This document shows, piece after piece, positions 57,318-59,231 of a DNA stretch of 59,231 nt (the first letter of the stretch is position 1; the number at the start of each line of letters is the position of its first letter). This DNA is from a virus (taxonomy: Duplodnaviria; Caudoviricetes). A model generated the notes under the pieces. That model did not search any database. It was not told the DNA's origin and was given only the letters and a program-made list of their open reading frames with translations. The stretch spans positions 1-59,231 of the IMG/VR virus record IMGVR_UViG_3300050015_000289. One strand, 5' to 3'. The position numbers and the translations under genes were made by a program.

Positions 57318-59231
57318 TTAAACTTTTGTTGTGTAATCTGGACTCGGATAAAAGAATAGTATGTCAGCATTTACGCCCCATCCAACAACCCTGTTTACAT
57401 GGTTAGACGCGTCTGGCCTTGTCACTACTATTGCCCCGGCAGCATCCATCCACGCCTTCGATCCTACGGTTAATGTAGGAAAAGCTGTGGCATAAACATA
57501 TGACCCCGGAAGTGCCACTTTTAATGCATTTGCCGCTGCCTTTACTTCTAATGCTATACCCAGAAATCCACCATATGTTGCCTCTGATGTTCCATTGTCA
57601 CATTTTTGCCAGGTAGCAGAGGAATCTAAATAAACCAAATCTCCAATTGCAGAACTTGAATATCCTGAGTTAAATGAACTTGTATATGGTCCTGTTGACG
57701 TACCATCAGCTACTGGTAATACAACCGCTATAGGTCCAGTAATTCCCTGTATACCCTGTAATCCCTGAATAGATAATCCCTGTATTCCCTGGAGTCCCTG
57801 GACTCCCTGAGACCCTGTACCAGTGGAACCTTGCGATCCTGTGGCACCCTGAGATCCATTGGTTCCAGATGTCCCTTGAGACCCAGTGCCAGTAGTGCCC
57901 TGAGATCCTGTTGTACCCTGTTTTCCTTGAATACCTTGTATTCCCTGTATGGAAGATCCAGTAGTTCCTTGCGATCCTGTGGCACCCTGAGATCCATTGG
58001 TTCCTGAAGTGCCCTGTGTTCCAGTAGTGCCCTGTATAGTGCTTCCCGTTAAACCTTGTATTCCCTGTATACCCTGGGACGTACCAGATTGTCCTTGAAC
58101 ACCCTGAACAGATGACCCCTGTATCCCCTGTATTCCTTGTATTCCTTGAGTGGCAGTTCCAGTAGTCCCTTGACTACCAGTAAAACCCTGTAATCCTTGT
58201 ATACCTTGAGATGAACCTGCATTACCTTGAATTCCAAATGTTCCCTGTAACCCCTGAATACCCTGAGTAGCGGTACCAGTAGATCCTTGAATACTAATAC
58301 CCTGAATACCCTGGATACCCTGCAAACCAGTAGATCCCTGACTTCCAGTAGTTCCTTGTATTGACGCTCCAGTTGTTCCCTGAACACCTGTTGTACCTGT
58401 CGTACCCTGTGACCCATTGGTTCCAGAAGTACCCTGACTTCCTATTGAGCCCTGAATACTTGCTCCAGTAGCACCCTGCGATCCCGTTGTTCCTTGACTG
58501 CCGTTTGTGCCACTAGTCCCCTGACTACCCGTGATTCCCTGTGATCCATTAGTGCCAGACGTTCCTTGTGATCCAGCACTGCCCTGTGTTGCTGTTCCAG
58601 TAGTTCCCTGAGACCCAGTGGCACCCTGAATTGACGACCCAGTAGTTCCCTGTAGTCCCTGTATGCCCTGTATTGATGCCCCATTAGTTCCCTGTAAACC
58701 TGTAAGTCCCTGGCTACCATCTGTGCCAGAAGAACCCTGTATGCTGGCACCAGTTGTACCCTGGTTTCCAATAATACCCTGTATACCCTGAGTGCCATTA
58801 GTTCCTGATGTGCCCTGGGCCCCCGTACCAGTGGTACCTTGACTTCCACTGGCACCTTGCGTCCCAATACCAGTTGCGCCTTGTATACCCTGAATTCCCT
58901 GTTTTCCCTGTATGCCTTGAATTCCCTGAACAGAAAGACCCTGTATACCTTGTATTCCCTGTATGCCTTGCGTAGTAGTCCCAGTAGAACCTTGTGATCC
59001 AGTAGATCCTTGGACCGTTGACCCTGTTGTTCCCTGACTACCAGTTAACCCCTGAATGCCTTGGATTGAACTGCCAGTAGTGCCCTGCGCACCAGTTGAT
59101 CCCTGCGTTGCTGTTCCAATGATTCCCTGTATGCCCTGAACAGATGTGCCTGTAGTACCCTGGGGTCCAATAGAACCCTGTAAACCAGTGCCAGTTGTAC
59201 CCTGCGAGCCATTATTTCCTTGCGTTCCCTG
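57318..59231 (-). CDS. Collagen-like fibre protein (5'-partial; at least 637 aa) with a globular C-terminal domain
   Basis: I read the frame upstream of the track's TTG at 58325 and found no stop up to the window edge; G-X-Q/G-X-T triplets run from about 57730 to 59231. Confidence 0.88.
   Translation of the reverse strand, partial: QGTQGNNGSQGTTGTGLQGSIGPQGTTGTSVQGIQGIIGTATQGSTGAQGTTGSSIQGIQGLTGSQGTTGSTVQGSTGSQGSTGTTTQGIQGIQGIQGLSVQGIQGIQGKQGIQGIQGATGIGTQGASGSQGTTGTGAQGTSGTNGTQGIQGIIGNQGTTGASIQGSSGTDGSQGLTGLQGTNGASIQGIQGLQGTTGSSIQGATGSQGTTGTATQGSAGSQGTSGTNGSQGITGSQGTSGTNGSQGTTGSQGATGASIQGSIGSQGTSGTNGSQGTTGTTGVQGTTGASIQGTTGSQGSTGLQGIQGIQGISIQGSTGTATQGIQGLQGTFGIQGNAGSSQGIQGLQGFTGSQGTTGTATQGIQGIQGIQGSSVQGVQGQSGTSQGIQGIQGLTGSTIQGTTGTQGTSGTNGSQGATGSQGTTGSSIQGIQGIQGKQGTTGSQGTTGTGSQGTSGTNGSQGATGSQGSTGTGSQGVQGLQGIQGLSIQGLQGIQGITGPIAVVLPVADGTSTGPYTSSFNSGYSSSAIGDLVYLDSSATWQKCDNGTSEATYGGFLGIALEVKAAANALKVALPGSYVYATAFPTLTVGSKAWMDAAGAIVVTRPDASNHVNRVVGWGVNADILFFYPSPDYTTKV
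57829..58004. repeat. Exact 38-bp direct repeat inside the collagen-like gene (57829-57866 and 57967-58004)
   Basis: CCTTGCGATCCTGTGGCACCCTGAGATCCATTGGTTCC occurs twice, 138 bp (46 codons) apart. Confidence 0.9.

Noticed and set aside
57728-58867. Alternative-frame ORFs 57728-57997, 58049-58417 and 58442-58867
   Set aside because: These are shadow frames of the collagen repeat.
7321-59231. Stop-codon reassignment (TAG or TGA), known in some crAss-like phages
   Set aside because: Giant ORFs are intact in the standard code. TAG (45563, 47406) and TGA (for example 36249, 45062) end genes at sensible boundaries.
57730-59231. CRISPR array or non-coding tandem repeat
   Set aside because: The periodicity is explained by Gly-X-Y codons in an open frame; there is no constant repeat with unique spacers.
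44953-59231. Absence of portal and terminase next to the capsid block as a novel rearrangement
   Set aside because: Some crAss-like phages have fibre and accessory genes between portal and capsid genes; portal and terminase probably lie beyond the right edge, so this cannot be judged here.
1-59231. tRNA, rRNA, integrase or group I/II intron
   Set aside because: Intergenic gaps are short and largely explained by promoters or terminators; nothing recognisable by eye. A tRNAscan-SE/Infernal run would be needed to exclude them formally.

Overview
This window is a fragment of a crAss-like bacteriophage genome (Crassvirales-type) with two convergent arms that meet at a bidirectional terminator near 7.3 kb. 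The AT-rich left arm (+ strand, 0.1-7.2 kb) is the end of a replication/nucleotide-metabolism operon. It encodes a degenerate uracil-DNA glycosylase homologue, a PD-(D/E)XK nuclease, a nucleotidyltransferase, a dATP/dGTP-diphosphohydrolase-like protein, a DUF1937 protein, a RusA-like resolvase, a stand-alone DnaE C-terminal OB/clamp-binding fragment and many small ORFs. The right arm (- strand, 59.2 to 7.3 kb) is the late/virion region. In transcription order it holds a collagen-like G-X-Q fibre (open to the window edge); a cluster of glycan-active genes (beta-propeller, TPR-FkbM methyltransferase, beta-helix/DUF5977 protein, SAM methyltransferase, three GT-A enzymes, GT-A/Stealth fusion); a lysis cassette (GH24 endolysin, holin, unimolecular spanin); scaffold, major capsid, ring, IHF-like and muzzle genes with three free-standing GIY-YIG-type endonucleases; cargo proteins; and a 4305-aa virion RNA polymerase (DFDIDK). 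Six intergenic TAnnTTTG elements, five with an exact or near-match TTTG 20 nt upstream, point to a Bacteroidota host. The best candidates for something new are (1) a collagen-fibre glycosylation/methylation locus, (2) two cargo proteins segmented by about 20 Phi-x-x-Gly-Gly motifs that suggest a polyprotein, and (3) a circularly permuted histidine phosphatase on the C-terminus of the virion RNAP. All family calls come from motif recognition by eye; no database search was run.
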